This document shows, in pieces, positions 1 through 9,176 of a DNA stretch of 64,000 nucleotides. Position 1 is the first letter of the stretch, and each line of letters begins with the position of its first letter. The notes under the pieces are model-generated. The model had not been told where the DNA came from and did not search any database. It worked only from the letters and a program-made list of their open reading frames with translations. This stretch comes from a virus, in the IMG/VR virus record IMGVR_UViG_3300031576_000005, positions 1 to 64,000 of that record. The stretch is one strand, 5' to 3'. Position numbers and translations under genes: made by a program.

Positions 1-155
1 CGCGCGTTCCCAGAAACCTGTGCGTCTTCTCCAACATAAGCAGTATCATCTACTTTTGCTGTGTAAAAAACCCAACCACCCCCGTTGGGGTGTTGGTGCC
101 ATTGGTCGGGGGCGGTAGATGGAAAAAGTTTAATAACTTCTTGGATAGTCTTCAT
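1..155 (-). CDS. Hexapeptide-repeat (left-handed beta-helix) phage protein, runs off window edge
   Basis: Manual translation from ATG at 155: MKTIQEVIKLFPSTAPDQWHQHPNGGGWVFYTAKVDDTAYVGEDAQVSGNAR...; HxNGGGWV followed by AxVxGxA repeats. Confidence 0.7.
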   Translation of the reverse strand, partial: MKTIQEVIKLFPSTAPDQWHQHPNGGGWVFYTAKVDDTAYVGEDAQVSGNA

Positions 156-187
156 AATTTATAGATTATTTTATTTTATATCAAATA

Positions 188-349
188 TCAACAAAATAGA
201 ATTACGTGTTTTGTATTATTTATGTTGTTAGTTTCTTCTCTTATAATAGATATATCGCAATACCCACCTAAATCACAATAAAACACTTCCACGTCCCCTA
301 ATTCACTTTGTTGATATTTTAATTGCCGAATTAATTCTGAGATTTTCAT
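188..349 (-). CDS. Hypothetical protein (start moved to MKISELIRQL at 349)
   Basis: The N-terminal extension of the track ORF overlaps a tRNA-like fold; MKISELI.QL..GD.EV is a common small phage protein start. Confidence 0.6.
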   Translation of the reverse strand: MKISELIRQLKYQQSELGDVEVFYCDLGGYCDISIIREETNNINNTKHVILFC

Positions 350-375
350 TTTTATAATTTTAGTTAAATAAGTCA

Positions 376-444
376 AACTGTATATGGGAATTGAACCCAT
401 ATTCCTTGCTTGATTCAAGGTTCTACCATTTGAAATAATACAGT
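376..444 (-). tRNA. Degenerate tRNA-like element, central loop triplet UCA (pseudo-tRNA)
   Basis: Acceptor ACTGTAT/ATACAGT; D-loop AATGGTA; anticodon stem CCTTG/CAAGG with 7-nt loop AATCAAG; T-arm ATGGG-TTCAATT-CCCAT; lacks U33 and encoded CCA. Confidence 0.5.
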
Positions 445-461
445 TTAACAAAATCATCTAT

Positions 462-767
462 TTAAAATAAGTTTGGTTTGGCATTATCTAAAATTCGTTT
501 AAGTTCCCCAAAAGCCCCGTTAGTGAAATCATGGTTGTTTTTTATATCTACAGAGTGTTTACTTTCTTTATTCTTATTATCTATCAATATTGATTTATTT
601 GCAAGACTTTTTCTATATTTTAAGACTAACTTGGCTGCTTGTTTAAGCTTTTCTCCACTCCACTCTATTGATACCCATTCTAGATAATCTATGGGCAAAA
701 TCTCAAGAGGACAATTTTTATGGTTGCCGTGGGGCATTTTAAATAATCTGGCTTGATTGAGAGTCAT
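462..767 (-). CDS. DUF3820 / exodeoxyribonuclease-X C-terminal-like protein
   Basis: MPHGNHK..PL..LP.DYLEW resembles the MPFGKHKG...P..YL.W motif. Confidence 0.6.
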   Translation of the reverse strand: MTLNQARLFKMPHGNHKNCPLEILPIDYLEWVSIEWSGEKLKQAAKLVLKYRKSLANKSILIDNKNKESKHSVDIKNNHDFTNGAFGELKRILDNAKPNLF

Positions 768-1122
768 ATCAAATTACTACTATAAAAATGTGGTATTCGT
801 CAAATATGAAGAATTGGGGTTAAAAAATAAACTTAATTCGCCATATAAGACGTTTAAAATTTACTACAATATTTCACATACACCCCAATAAATAATACAA
901 CAACAGCCCATGCTGAAAGCATGGCTAGGATTGATAGACTTGAGATTATAACTAAAAGTAATAATATGTTCATATTTAAAGGTTTACAGAATTTAGAAAG
1001 CTAATAGTTTGATATAAGAAAACACTAATGAGGCCAAATAGTCCATGAAGGAAAACAGCATATGAAACGGCTAAGCATAATATAACTAATGTAAAATATA
1101 GATATTTATTCATATTTAATAA

Positions 1123-1368
1123 TTACCATTTTATAATATAACAATTCTCTCCATTTTCTTCCAGCGAATAACCAAGTTGTTTAAATTTTTGGATTAAATA
1201 ATCTCTAACTCCTTTCTTATATTTACCAAAATAACATGAAATATAAAAATTTTCTTCCAAAGCCGCTGTTTTGATATCCCGTAGATAGGAATCTAAGACA
1301 TATTTAGCTCCTACATGGTCTCTAATTAATTTTCTAGCACTATAAGCATTCATTAATACTTTTTTCAT
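1123..1368 (-). CDS. Hypothetical protein
   Basis: ORF in leftward early block. Confidence 0.65.
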   Translation of the reverse strand: MKKVLMNAYSARKLIRDHVGAKYVLDSYLRDIKTAALEENFYISCYFGKYKKGVRDYLIQKFKQLGYSLEENGENCYIIKW

Positions 1369-1380
1369 ATATTAAAAATT

Positions 1381-1614
1381 TCAGTTAATTCCGTCGATTA
1401 AATATTTATCCAAATTCCTTTTGGGTTTTTCAATGATGACGGACCATCTTTCTGCTTTGGTTTCTTTAACTTTCGTGTAGCAACCAGTTCCGTTATCAAA
1501 AACTTCTAGATGTCCTTTGTGGGTATCTATATAAACTATTTCCCAACCAACGCTACTATAATACCAGTATAACCCTTCTTTTTTTGGTAAATGTTTAGCA
1601 AAAGGAATTTTCAT
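1381..1614 (-). CDS. Hypothetical protein
   Basis: ORF in leftward block; LP...GLYWY pattern seen in small phage proteins. Confidence 0.65.
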   Translation of the reverse strand: MKIPFAKHLPKKEGLYWYYSSVGWEIVYIDTHKGHLEVFDNGTGCYTKVKETKAERWSVIIEKPKRNLDKYLIDGIN

Positions 1615-2051
1615 ATATTAAGAATAATATTAAAACTAAAGAAAAGCAAGCATAAAATACAGACATATATTTTAATTTCTTGTATTCATATTTTTGTCCA
1701 AATCCAATATACAAATTTAGAAAGCCAAAGTATTCTTGGTTTTCTATTAGTTGAAGCTAGAACTATTTCTCCATTAGTTTTATTCAAAATAGTAAAAGTC
1801 AATCAGTCCTTAGAAACCGGTGGTAATGTAATATACAAAGGAGATTCGTTGGCTTGATTTTCTTTAGGAGTCATATTTTTATAAATTTTGCAATTTTATA
1901 ACTTGTTGTCTCAGTTTATTAATGTTTAATTCTGGTTCTATGCCAAACTTATGACCATTTCTTTTTGCCCTTTTTGATAATCTTTTTCTATGTTTGTGAA
2001 ATAAATTTAATAAAAACTTCCTTTCATAAAATTCATTTTCATTCATAGACA

Positions 2052-2255
2052 TTATATATTATTCATCTTATTTTTTATAATCCGTCTAACATAAATAGTG
2101 GGGCGAAACCAAGGTACTTTCCTCCACATAAAATCAATATATCCTGGGTCGTTAAATTCATTTATAACATCTCCCACAGAATATCCTTCATATTTTCCTC
2201 TTGTAAAGACATATGACATCGTGCATCGGCCTTTTTTATCCTTATATGGTTCCAT
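2052..2255 (-). CDS. DUF3820-like protein
   Basis: FTRGKYEG.SV.DV...D.GYI.F motif. Confidence 0.5.
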   Translation of the reverse strand: MEPYKDKKGRCTMSYVFTRGKYEGYSVGDVINEFNDPGYIDFMWRKVPWFRPTIYVRRIIKNKMNNI

Positions 2256-2277
2256 TTTTTAATTTAATTGTTAATAT

Positions 2278-2409
2278 TTATTTTGGGTTTATTACTTCTC
2301 TTGGGAAGTTTGGTGGTTCGTGGCTATTCCAATTTTGGTCTATATTTTGATTTGTTGTCTCACATCCTGATAATAGTATTAATGTAAAGATAAGTAAAGT
2401 TATTTTCAT
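2278..2409 (-). CDS. Small lipoprotein (43 aa, below ORF-track cutoff)
   Basis: MKITLLIFTLILLSGC ETTNQ...: basic N-terminus, hydrophobic core, lipobox LSGC. Confidence 0.65.
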   Translation of the reverse strand: MKITLLIFTLILLSGCETTNQNIDQNWNSHEPPNFPREVINPK

Positions 2410-2463
2410 ATATTTAATTTTCCTATAATTTTTTGAACATCATTAAAATCCGTATTTTCCGCA

Positions 2464-2745
2464 TCATTCGCCGTGGTATTGAAAAAGCACCGCGTTACAG
2501 TGGCAATGCACGGCACCTATAGTCATTCCAGTTTTGTGGTTGTGATGTAAATGTATAGGCCATTCAAAAAAATTCTTAGGGAATAACAGTTTATTTATAT
2601 TATTTACCATAACATCATCCGAGGCTTTTTCCGTCAACGGATTGCCACAGTAATAGCATAATCCTTCTTGCAATCGCACATATTCTTCGCGCACTTTCTT
2701 ACGCTCAGTGTAATGAATTTTATTATAGTTTACGGGTAGTTTCAT
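2464..2745 (-). CDS. Small endonuclease VII-like / HNH zinc-binding protein
   Basis: Q.GLCYYC...HLHHNH.TG...GAVHCHCN motif. Confidence 0.7.
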   Translation of the reverse strand: MKLPVNYNKIHYTERKKVREEYVRLQEGLCYYCGNPLTEKASDDVMVNNINKLLFPKNFFEWPIHLHHNHKTGMTIGAVHCHCNAVLFQYHGE

Positions 2746-2894
2746 GATTACCTATTGTTTGACTTTCATATTTATATATTTAATTCGAGGCTAAATGTTT
2801 CCGCTGTTAAATTACGTCAAAAAATATCTCTTTAGTATTGAAATATTAGCCTATTTATATACTAATGTCAATATAGATTCGAGGCCAACATTAA

Positions 2895-3164
2895 TTATTT
2901 ATTGATATTTATGTGGTTTCTAATTTTATATACTAATTTAAAACCAAATGGTTTTACCGATTTTCTTGTATCAAAATTAAAGAGAAAATGCTCAACTTTG
3001 GGAGGAATAAAACATTGTATATCATCAACCCATATCCCAAAAGTAAAGACTTCTACATTCTTTGTTTTTACCCGTTCTCCAATAGCTAAAGCTATTGGGC
3101 ATTTTTGACAGTCTCCAATTTTACCTTTAGATATATGTCTATGATTTACCTTGATATATGTCAT
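2895..3164 (-). CDS. Hypothetical protein, paralog of 3646-3882
   Basis: I.V..RHISKG...CPIALAI.E..KT.NVEV.TFGI...VKPF.FKL is shared with 3646-3882. Confidence 0.7.
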   Translation of the reverse strand: MTYIKVNHRHISKGKIGDCQKCPIALAIGERVKTKNVEVFTFGIWVDDIQCFIPPKVEHFLFNFDTRKSVKPFGFKLVYKIRNHININK

Positions 3165-3186
3165 TTTTCCTCTTTTCTATAGTTTA

Positions 3187-3284
3187 TGGGAGCGCTCTGG
3201 ACTTGCGAGCATTTTACCAAACGATGACTTTACGGATGGAGAGTTGCGCCAGAATTATCACGCTCTAGGTTTTCACCGCTCCCA
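3187..3284 (-). ncRNA. Structured tRNA-like intergenic element
   Basis: GC-rich closing stem TGGGAGCG/CGCTCCCA and inner TCTGG/CCAGA stem in an AT-rich intergenic gap. Confidence 0.4.
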
Positions 3285-3363
3285 AAAATCAAAGATAATT
3301 CTATACCCTTCTTGCACCACAAAACCATATTCAGAATATTTAACGATTCTTATATTTTTCATA

Positions 3364-3642
3364 CTATATTCTATATTTTTCCATATTTTTTGGTATTGGT
3401 ACGGTTAATGGTAGTTTTAGAAATTGAGTATGATAATGCCCCATATAACAGCCTATAATCTGAACAAAATAAAATTTTTTGCTTATAGCAAGCTCTAAAT
3501 ATTCATTTACTCCATAAAAAAGTAGCGCATCTCTAAGTATTCGGTCTTCCTTATTTTTATATAAAAACCGCAATGCTTCAATATTATACAAAACCCTATA
3601 TTTATTCTTAAGTGGTGTCTTACTGTATTTGGTTATTTTCAT
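3364..3642 (-). CDS. Hypothetical protein
   Basis: ORF in leftward block. Confidence 0.55.
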   Translation of the reverse strand: MKITKYSKTPLKNKYRVLYNIEALRFLYKNKEDRILRDALLFYGVNEYLELAISKKFYFVQIIGCYMGHYHTQFLKLPLTVPIPKNMEKYRI

Positions 3643-3645
3643 ATT

Positions 3646-3882
3646 TTATGTATTTAATTTAAAATTAAATGGTTTAACTTTCCTCTTATTATCAAATTCA
3701 AATATAAAGAATTTAACTCTTCTAGGAATGGGATGGTATATACTATCAATATAAATGCCAAATGTATAAACTTCTATATTGTTTGTTTTAAATTTTTCTT
3801 TCAGGGATATTGCCACAGGACAATGAGATGCTTCTCTATGCATACCATTAGATATGTGCTTACTCGTGACATTAATGTTCAT
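3646..3882 (-). CDS. Hypothetical protein, paralog of 2895-3164
   Basis: Shared HIS.G....CPVA.S/A and VKPF.FKL motifs. Confidence 0.7.
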   Translation of the reverse strand: MNINVTSKHISNGMHREASHCPVAISLKEKFKTNNIEVYTFGIYIDSIYHPIPRRVKFFIFEFDNKRKVKPFNFKLNT

Positions 3883-4110
3883 ATATTTTTATATGCTTAA
3901 TCAGTTTAATAGATGTTTTATCATTTTTCTTTCGAAACTTTAATTTCAATTAAACCTTTGTTCCATTTCGTGCTTGGTTTGAAGAAGCTAATTTTATCAA
4001 AGTAAAGCCCGTGATTTTTACCAGTATCCATAACAACAACTACCTCTGGTGTATTATCAAGGCATTTACCTAAAGCATTATACAATTCTTTAATCGTCAT
4101 TTTTATATAA

Positions 4111-4353
4111 TTATTTATAAATTTCCTCTGAAAAGAAAGACTTTGGTGACTTCCAGAATTTTAAAACTATCAGTAGGAAACTAACCTTTTCAAATTCTTC
4201 ATATCTCCATTTCCATTCTCTATGATTATCAATATCTTCTAAAGATTTAATATGTATAGAGTTTAAAATTTGCATTGTTGCATGATTCACAAGGAAAACT
4301 CGCCAAATACCTAGAAACGGAGTGATTAGGAATAAAAGTTGTAGATAGTTCAT
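4111..4353 (-). CDS. Hypothetical membrane protein
   Basis: Hydrophobic N-terminus. Confidence 0.6.
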   Translation of the reverse strand: MNYLQLLFLITPFLGIWRVFLVNHATMQILNSIHIKSLEDIDNHREWKWRYEEFEKVSFLLIVLKFWKSPKSFFSEEIYK

Positions 4354-4373
4354 ATTCTTATATATTTATATAA

Positions 4374-4565
4374 TTATTCAAAGTTATATAATATTCCCTC
4401 GCTCTTTAATTTATTATCTACTATTGTAATACTAATAGAATTCCCGTCTTCATAAGCTTTTGTGAATTCTTCAAGAGAGAAGTTTAATAGCTTTACATTA
4501 TTGTCTTTATTATTAAGGTACTGCAAAGCTAAATCGTTAGTTAATACTAATTCGTTATTATTCAT
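4374..4565 (-). CDS. Hypothetical protein
   Basis: ORF in leftward block. Confidence 0.55.
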   Translation of the reverse strand: MNNNELVLTNDLALQYLNNKDNNVKLLNFSLEEFTKAYEDGNSISITIVDNKLKSEGILYNFE

Positions 4566-4594
4566 ATTTTTATATATTTAATTATTCCATGGTT

Positions 4595-4804
4595 TCAGAA
4601 TTTTGTTTCAATAACTTTTTTTGCTTGGTCTGGCATGGTAATAATACATAATCCCACGGAGATTATGAAACAAAAGATAAGCACAATATAAGGGGTTAGT
4701 AATAACATTACATTGTCATATGTCCATTCCTTCAAAACAGCTAAAAAATAAATTAGTGGCGATAATAAAACTATAATACCGAAAACTATGGATAAGATGC
4801 TCAT
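4595..4804 (-). CDS. Small two-TM membrane protein
   Basis: Two long hydrophobic stretches. Confidence 0.6.
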   Translation of the reverse strand: MSILSIVFGIIVLLSPLIYFLAVLKEWTYDNVMLLLTPYIVLIFCFIISVGLCIITMPDQAKKVIETKF

Positions 4805-5051
4805 ATTGTATGGATTCTATTTTTTTGGAGTTTTTTGTTAATTTTTATCTGCGCTTTTTCTATTTTGATTCATTACCATAATAATATTAAATATATAAAA
4901 TGTCAAATTATTAATTTACATATAATTTATTGCATTAAAACCGTTGTTATTCATTATATGCTATGATTAGTGGTATTGTTATTAGTGTTGATATTAATAA
5001 AGATAATATTAAAATAATTGAAAGTATCATAATTTAAATATATTTATTTCA

Positions 5052-5252
5052 TTAACCCCTATGCTCAAGATATGCTAATATAGCTTGGTGTAGCTCGGTG
5101 GCGTCGTCATAATAGAAAGTGAATGGAGTGCTATCATGTTTCATACACACCTCTAAATGTTTAAGTGTACCATTGACTAATTTATAGCGTTGAAAATAAA
5201 TAACGCAAGACAGGTCTAGCATTATTGTTTTATCTTTATTAATGTATGTCAT
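5052..5252 (-). CDS. Hypothetical protein
   Basis: ORF in leftward block. Confidence 0.6.
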   Translation of the reverse strand: MTYINKDKTIMLDLSCVIYFQRYKLVNGTLKHLEVCMKHDSTPFTFYYDDATELHQAILAYLEHRG

Positions 5253-5433
5253 AATATTTATTTGTAACTTTAACTTGTGTATCTGCTATAGTGAAAAGGT
5301 TACTATTTTTGGTTCAAATTAGTTTTTATATATTTAGGTTCATCTTAAAATATTAAACAGTACAGTTAAATAAACCACAAAAATGATTGTGAGCATAGCT
5401 ATAATTGTATTGTCGTACATATTTGATTGAATG

Positions 5434-5449
5434 TGTTCCACGTGGAACA
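5434..5449. promoter_or_regulatory. parS: parS centromere-like site (ParB-binding palindrome)
   Basis: Perfect 16-bp palindrome TGTTCCACGTGGAACA matching the bacterial chromosomal parS consensus TGTTNCACGTGNAACA. Confidence 0.75.
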
Positions 5450-5704
5450 TTTTATCTTCCAAAACAACAAGCAATAAAGAATGCTATTAATGCTAATAAT
5501 AATAAGTCTATAATATTTAATTGTTAAGTTTGGCGTCGGGCTGATAGTTTTACCTGGCCGCGACCAGAAAGTTTACTTATTGCGTTTTTGATTAATCTTT
5601 TTTCTACATAAAATTGAACATTGTGTTTTTTCTCAATCTTTTCAAGCTTGTCAAGTTCTTTTTGTAATTTACTTACGATTTTTTCTAGTGTATTCATACA
5701 AAAC

Positions 5705-6028
5705 TTAAGAAGTTTTTCTACGTCTTGAGTCCTCTGCTAACATTTCTAATACAATCGAGGCCATAGTTCTATTGAAGTTCCAACCATCGTTGACATCATC
5801 TATTTTATTAATATAGTATTCTAAATCATCTAAATTATATTTAGATAAATTCTTATAATCCTTTATAAAGGGTTTTAATGGCTTTGTGGAGCGTTTTAAT
5901 GGATTGGCGTTGATGCTATAGGATTTTATCTTAAATACTATTTTAGGCTTATCCTGGTGAGAATGTGGGGCTTTCTTATTAGAACTCATAAATCTATCGG
6001 ACAATGGGTTCCTCTTTATATTCCACAC
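5705..6028 (-). CDS. Hypothetical protein (start uncertain)
   Basis: ORF; overlaps upstream gene, so true start may be the internal MSSNKK. Confidence 0.5.
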   Translation of the reverse strand: MWNIKRNPLSDRFMSSNKKAPHSHQDKPKIVFKIKSYSINANPLKRSTKPLKPFIKDYKNLSKYNLDDLEYYINKIDDVNDGWNFNRTMASIVLEMLAEDSRRRKTS

Positions 6029-6176
6029 ATTTAAAAGCTTTTAGCTTTTCCTGGAGTTGCCCCGCATCAAACCACCTTCGTATAATAGACATGTCTGTCT
6101 TATTATATATTTTATCAGCCCCCTCTGTTAAATATTCAAAATATTCATCACTTGTCATTTCGGTTATAGTTTTCAT
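5994..6176 (-). CDS. Hypothetical protein
   Basis: ORF in leftward block. Confidence 0.6.
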   Translation of the reverse strand: MKTITEMTSDEYFEYLTEGADKIYNKTDMSIIRRWFDAGQLQEKLKAFKCVEYKEEPIVR

Positions 6177-6179
6177 AAA

Positions 6180-6452
6180 TTAATATCTATAATAAATATT
6201 ACAAACATTTCCGCAACAATGTAACTCTTCATTAAAACGACACTTATAACTAAATCTATTTAATTGATTCCAAATATAAACGTGTGGTCTTTTTGCCCAA
6301 GGAACATTATCCCCATTAGCAACTCTCGTGTATACCCTAAACTCATGATTGTTTATAAATTCAACCCTTACGGTCGCATCATTATGTTCATTCCTATTAT
6401 ATTCTGCTACCGCTCTACCAACTAAATTTTGAATTGAGTTTTCAGTTTTCAT
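6180..6452 (-). CDS. Hypothetical protein
   Basis: ORF in leftward block. Confidence 0.6.
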   Translation of the reverse strand: MKTENSIQNLVGRAVAEYNRNEHNDATVRVEFINNHEFRVYTRVANGDNVPWAKRPHVYIWNQLNRFSYKCRFNEELHCCGNVCNIYYRY

Positions 6453-6894
6453 ATTTTATTTCTTCTAAATCGAATTTATAGTGTCCCAATAGGGCTTCAG
6501 CTTTATCAACGGCTTCTCTTGTATTGTCGGCCTCCACAATCAATTCTTTGCCTTCATTGTATTCACCGCCCCAACAAACAGCTTTATATTTCATATGATT
6601 ATATTACTTTCATTTTTATATATTATCAAGCTTTATTTTAGCTTTTGAAATATTATCTTAGATTATGAAGATATTTGAGGGTTTATAAATAGTTGTTGAA
6701 AGTTGAAACATTATCTGCTATCTATTATTTAGGGTCTTCAGGATTTTAATTTCGCGGCTATTGCCATTCTTTGGTAAGAGCTTCGCTTTTTCTATTAAGG
6801 AAAGTTTTTTATTTATTCAATAAGAGTGTTAGCCTCAAAAATATAATTTAAAATAGTACTTGAAAAGTCAGAAATAAAAGACTATATATATTAT

Positions 6895-7047
6895 ATGAAG
6901 CCATTAAACAATTATCTTTTTTCTTTAATAATTCTTAATTTGTCGCTCCTGTTTACAAAGCACAAGATGGAAAGTTTGAGTTTCTTGATGTTAAGTTTCT
7001 GTTTGTGTTTTGGAAACATTCCATGTATGACGACAAATGGTAATTAG
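6895..7047 (+). CDS. Putative small hydrophobic peptide (50 aa) on the opposite strand
   Basis: TTGAAA(6860)-N17-TATATA(6883) then ATG 6 nt later; MKPLNNYLFSLIILNLSLLF... Confidence 0.35.
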   Translation: MKPLNNYLFSLIILNLSLLFTKHKMESLSFLMLSFCLCFGNIPCMTTNGN

Positions 7048-7161
7048 TATTTAGCTTGAGTGAGTGTTATGTTTGTGTTTCCTGGTCTCAGTCTGAGATA
7101 TGTTTGTTGATTGTGTGAGATAGTGTGTCTTCATAAGATTATGTTAAACTATATAATATAA

Positions 7162-7404
7162 TTAGTTTCCTAAAATTAGTTGCGCGATTTCGTGCTCCGC
7201 GCAAGCCTTTTCTTCGTCTGTCAATTCGAGGCTAGGGAATTCTTTGCAGGTATGAAAAAGATAAGCGCAATACCAGCCCTTACCTAAAATTTTAGTTTCA
7301 ATTTTTTCTCCCCTATCATACCAAGTTTCACATACAACATCAACTTCAATATCACTAGCAAAGTCTCGATTTAAATATGTGGTAACTGATTTTTGCATTA
7401 TCAT
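7162..7404 (-). CDS. Hypothetical protein
   Basis: ORF in leftward block. Confidence 0.6.
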   Translation of the reverse strand: MIMQKSVTTYLNRDFASDIEVDVVCETWYDRGEKIETKILGKGWYCAYLFHTCKEFPSLELTDEEKACAEHEIAQLILGN

Positions 7405-7416
7405 AAACTTAAGCGT

Positions 7417-7650
7417 TTAATTTTTAGACATCCATTCATTAGCCTCTTCCATATCTTTTGTGATATGCACCACTATTCGATTATGAGAAATTAAATATCC
7501 CATTTTAGATTTATGTACTTCATAGTATCCGTCATCGTCTTTGTGTACCTTCTTAAGATTTGATACGTGTTTAATTGGTTCGGCTTCTTTTCTAAAGAAA
7601 GACAATATCCAATTCCAAAATAATAATAAGTATTTTTTAATAATTTTCAT
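7417..7650 (-). CDS. Hypothetical protein
   Basis: ORF in leftward block. Confidence 0.6.
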   Translation of the reverse strand: MKIIKKYLLLFWNWILSFFRKEAEPIKHVSNLKKVHKDDDGYYEVHKSKMGYLISHNRIVVHITKDMEEANEWMSKN

Positions 7651-7662
7651 GTAAGTTACTTA

Positions 7663-7860
7663 TTAATTATCGTGGCTGTCTAACCCACCGAAGTATTCTT
7701 GGTTCGGCGACACTGTATAAACATCTTTATTAACATCATAGTTAATATCCCCGCCAAGCAAATCTTCTGCTAGGCAGGCCAAGTCATCACAATCTAGCTC
7801 CAATATAACATCTTGGATACCTTGTAATAATTGTTTTTCTGTTACTGTAAATTTATGCAT
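7663..7860 (-). CDS. Hypothetical acidic protein
   Basis: ORF tightly coupled to neighbour. Confidence 0.6.
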   Translation of the reverse strand: MHKFTVTEKQLLQGIQDVILELDCDDLACLAEDLLGGDINYDVNKDVYTVSPNQEYFGGLDSHDN

Positions 7861-7861
7861 A

Positions 7862-8134
7862 TTAATTAAAATCCCCTAATACATTTTTATAGATTTGAAT
7901 AGTGATATATTCTCCACAATCGCTTTTTAAAAGAAAATTATTGCTAATAATTTTCACTTCATTAATAGATTTGTGAGAAAACTTATATATAACATTATTA
8001 ACACTCTCGATTTCTAAAACTACATCTTCATCTTCTGGTGAATCATTGTAGTATAAAACGGTTTGATGTCCCATTTTCATTACTGCGCATTGGTCTAATG
8101 CGTCTAGGAATTTTTCTTTTATATTTTCATTCAT
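7862..8134 (-). CDS. Hypothetical protein
   Basis: ORF in leftward block. Confidence 0.65.
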   Translation of the reverse strand: MNENIKEKFLDALDQCAVMKMGHQTVLYYNDSPEDEDVVLEIESVNNVIYKFSHKSINEVKIISNNFLLKSDCGEYITIQIYKNVLGDFN

Positions 8135-8160
8135 AATTTAAACATATATTAATTATTAAA

Positions 8161-8442
8161 CTAATACAACCTTAATTGCAATGATTCCGTTATCTTTTTA
8201 AACTTCTCCGCCACTTCTAGAAGCTCAGTTTTAAGTAGTTGAGTATCAATACTTTCTCTTAAAACAACCAGAATACTAGCCCTTTTTTCGTCATTGAACG
8301 ATAAAATCTCTGGCTTTCTTCCCGTATAGTCTAATATTTTTTCTCGTTCCAGGCCAATACTATCTGCTATCTTTTTTTCAAGTCTCTTGAGCTTCGAGTA
8401 TCTCTCGAGAGTTTTAACCAAAGTTGGAGTTAGTTGTTTCAT
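8161..8442 (-). CDS. Hypothetical protein
   Basis: ORF; RESIDTQLLK.E..EVAEKF resembles a recurrent small phage protein family. Confidence 0.65.
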   Translation of the reverse strand: MKQLTPTLVKTLERYSKLKRLEKKIADSIGLEREKILDYTGRKPEILSFNDEKRASILVVLRESIDTQLLKTELLEVAEKFKKITESLQLRLY

Positions 8443-8443
8443 A

Positions 8444-8632
8444 TTATTTTAGTGTTATTCTTACAGTTGGTCTTAATAATTTTTTCTTTAGTTCGAGACA
8501 ATATTTTAGTCCTTTAGAGTCTACCGCCTCGATAAACTCTTTCTTAGTACACAAGTAGCCCCATTCTTCTCGTGACATAGTTTGAGCAAACACTTTTTGT
8601 GTTTCGCAATCCATTCTAAGGTTTTGTGTCAT
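8444..8632 (-). CDS. Hypothetical protein
   Basis: ORF tightly coupled to neighbour. Confidence 0.55.
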   Translation of the reverse strand: MTQNLRMDCETQKVFAQTMSREEWGYLCTKKEFIEAVDSKGLKYCLELKKKLLRPTVRITLK

Positions 8633-8664
8633 AATGTATTATTTTTTTAAGTTTAATATTTATT

Positions 8665-9042
8665 TTATCCCAGTACATCCTCAAGGAATTCATTCCAATA
8701 TTGTTTTGATTGTCTTTTTTTACAAGTTTTCTTTCCAAGTCTAGCCCGGATATGATAAGCCGTTAGTATTGTTACATGTAACATCTTTGCCATTACCCAA
8801 TTAGGAACCTCGTTCCAATGTGGATAATCTTTCCAGCCTGAAGCGTCTATCGGTTTTCTTCCTCTACTTAATGGCCTATTCGCTAACACCTTATGTTTTA
8901 ACTGTTGTAATGGTACGCGATAACTATTAGTAGCGCGACAAGCTACATCAAATAGTTTATTATCGTTTATTTGTGTTTTATTAATAATAACACCACACAA
9001 CCCCTGTTTTGATAATTTTACTTGTTGTCCTATAATATTCAT
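8665..9042 (-). CDS. Hypothetical basic protein, possible C-terminal HTH
   Basis: NWVMAKMLHVTILTAYHIRARLG is HTH-like. Confidence 0.55.
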   Translation of the reverse strand: MNIIGQQVKLSKQGLCGVIINKTQINDNKLFDVACRATNSYRVPLQQLKHKVLANRPLSRGRKPIDASGWKDYPHWNEVPNWVMAKMLHVTILTAYHIRARLGKKTCKKRQSKQYWNEFLEDVLG

Positions 9043-9176
9043 ATATTCCTTATTTTTAATTGTTATTGTGTAATACTGGTTTCCATATATCGTATACTAT
9101 TATTTTAATATTCCATCCATTATTTCTACAACCACGCACCAAAATGATAAAAATATAATTATTTTAAAAATTAAAT

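Noticed and set aside
5434-5449. LexA box (TGTTC-N4-GAACA type)
   Set aside because: The spacer is 6 nt (CACGTG), which matches parS exactly rather than that SOS motif.
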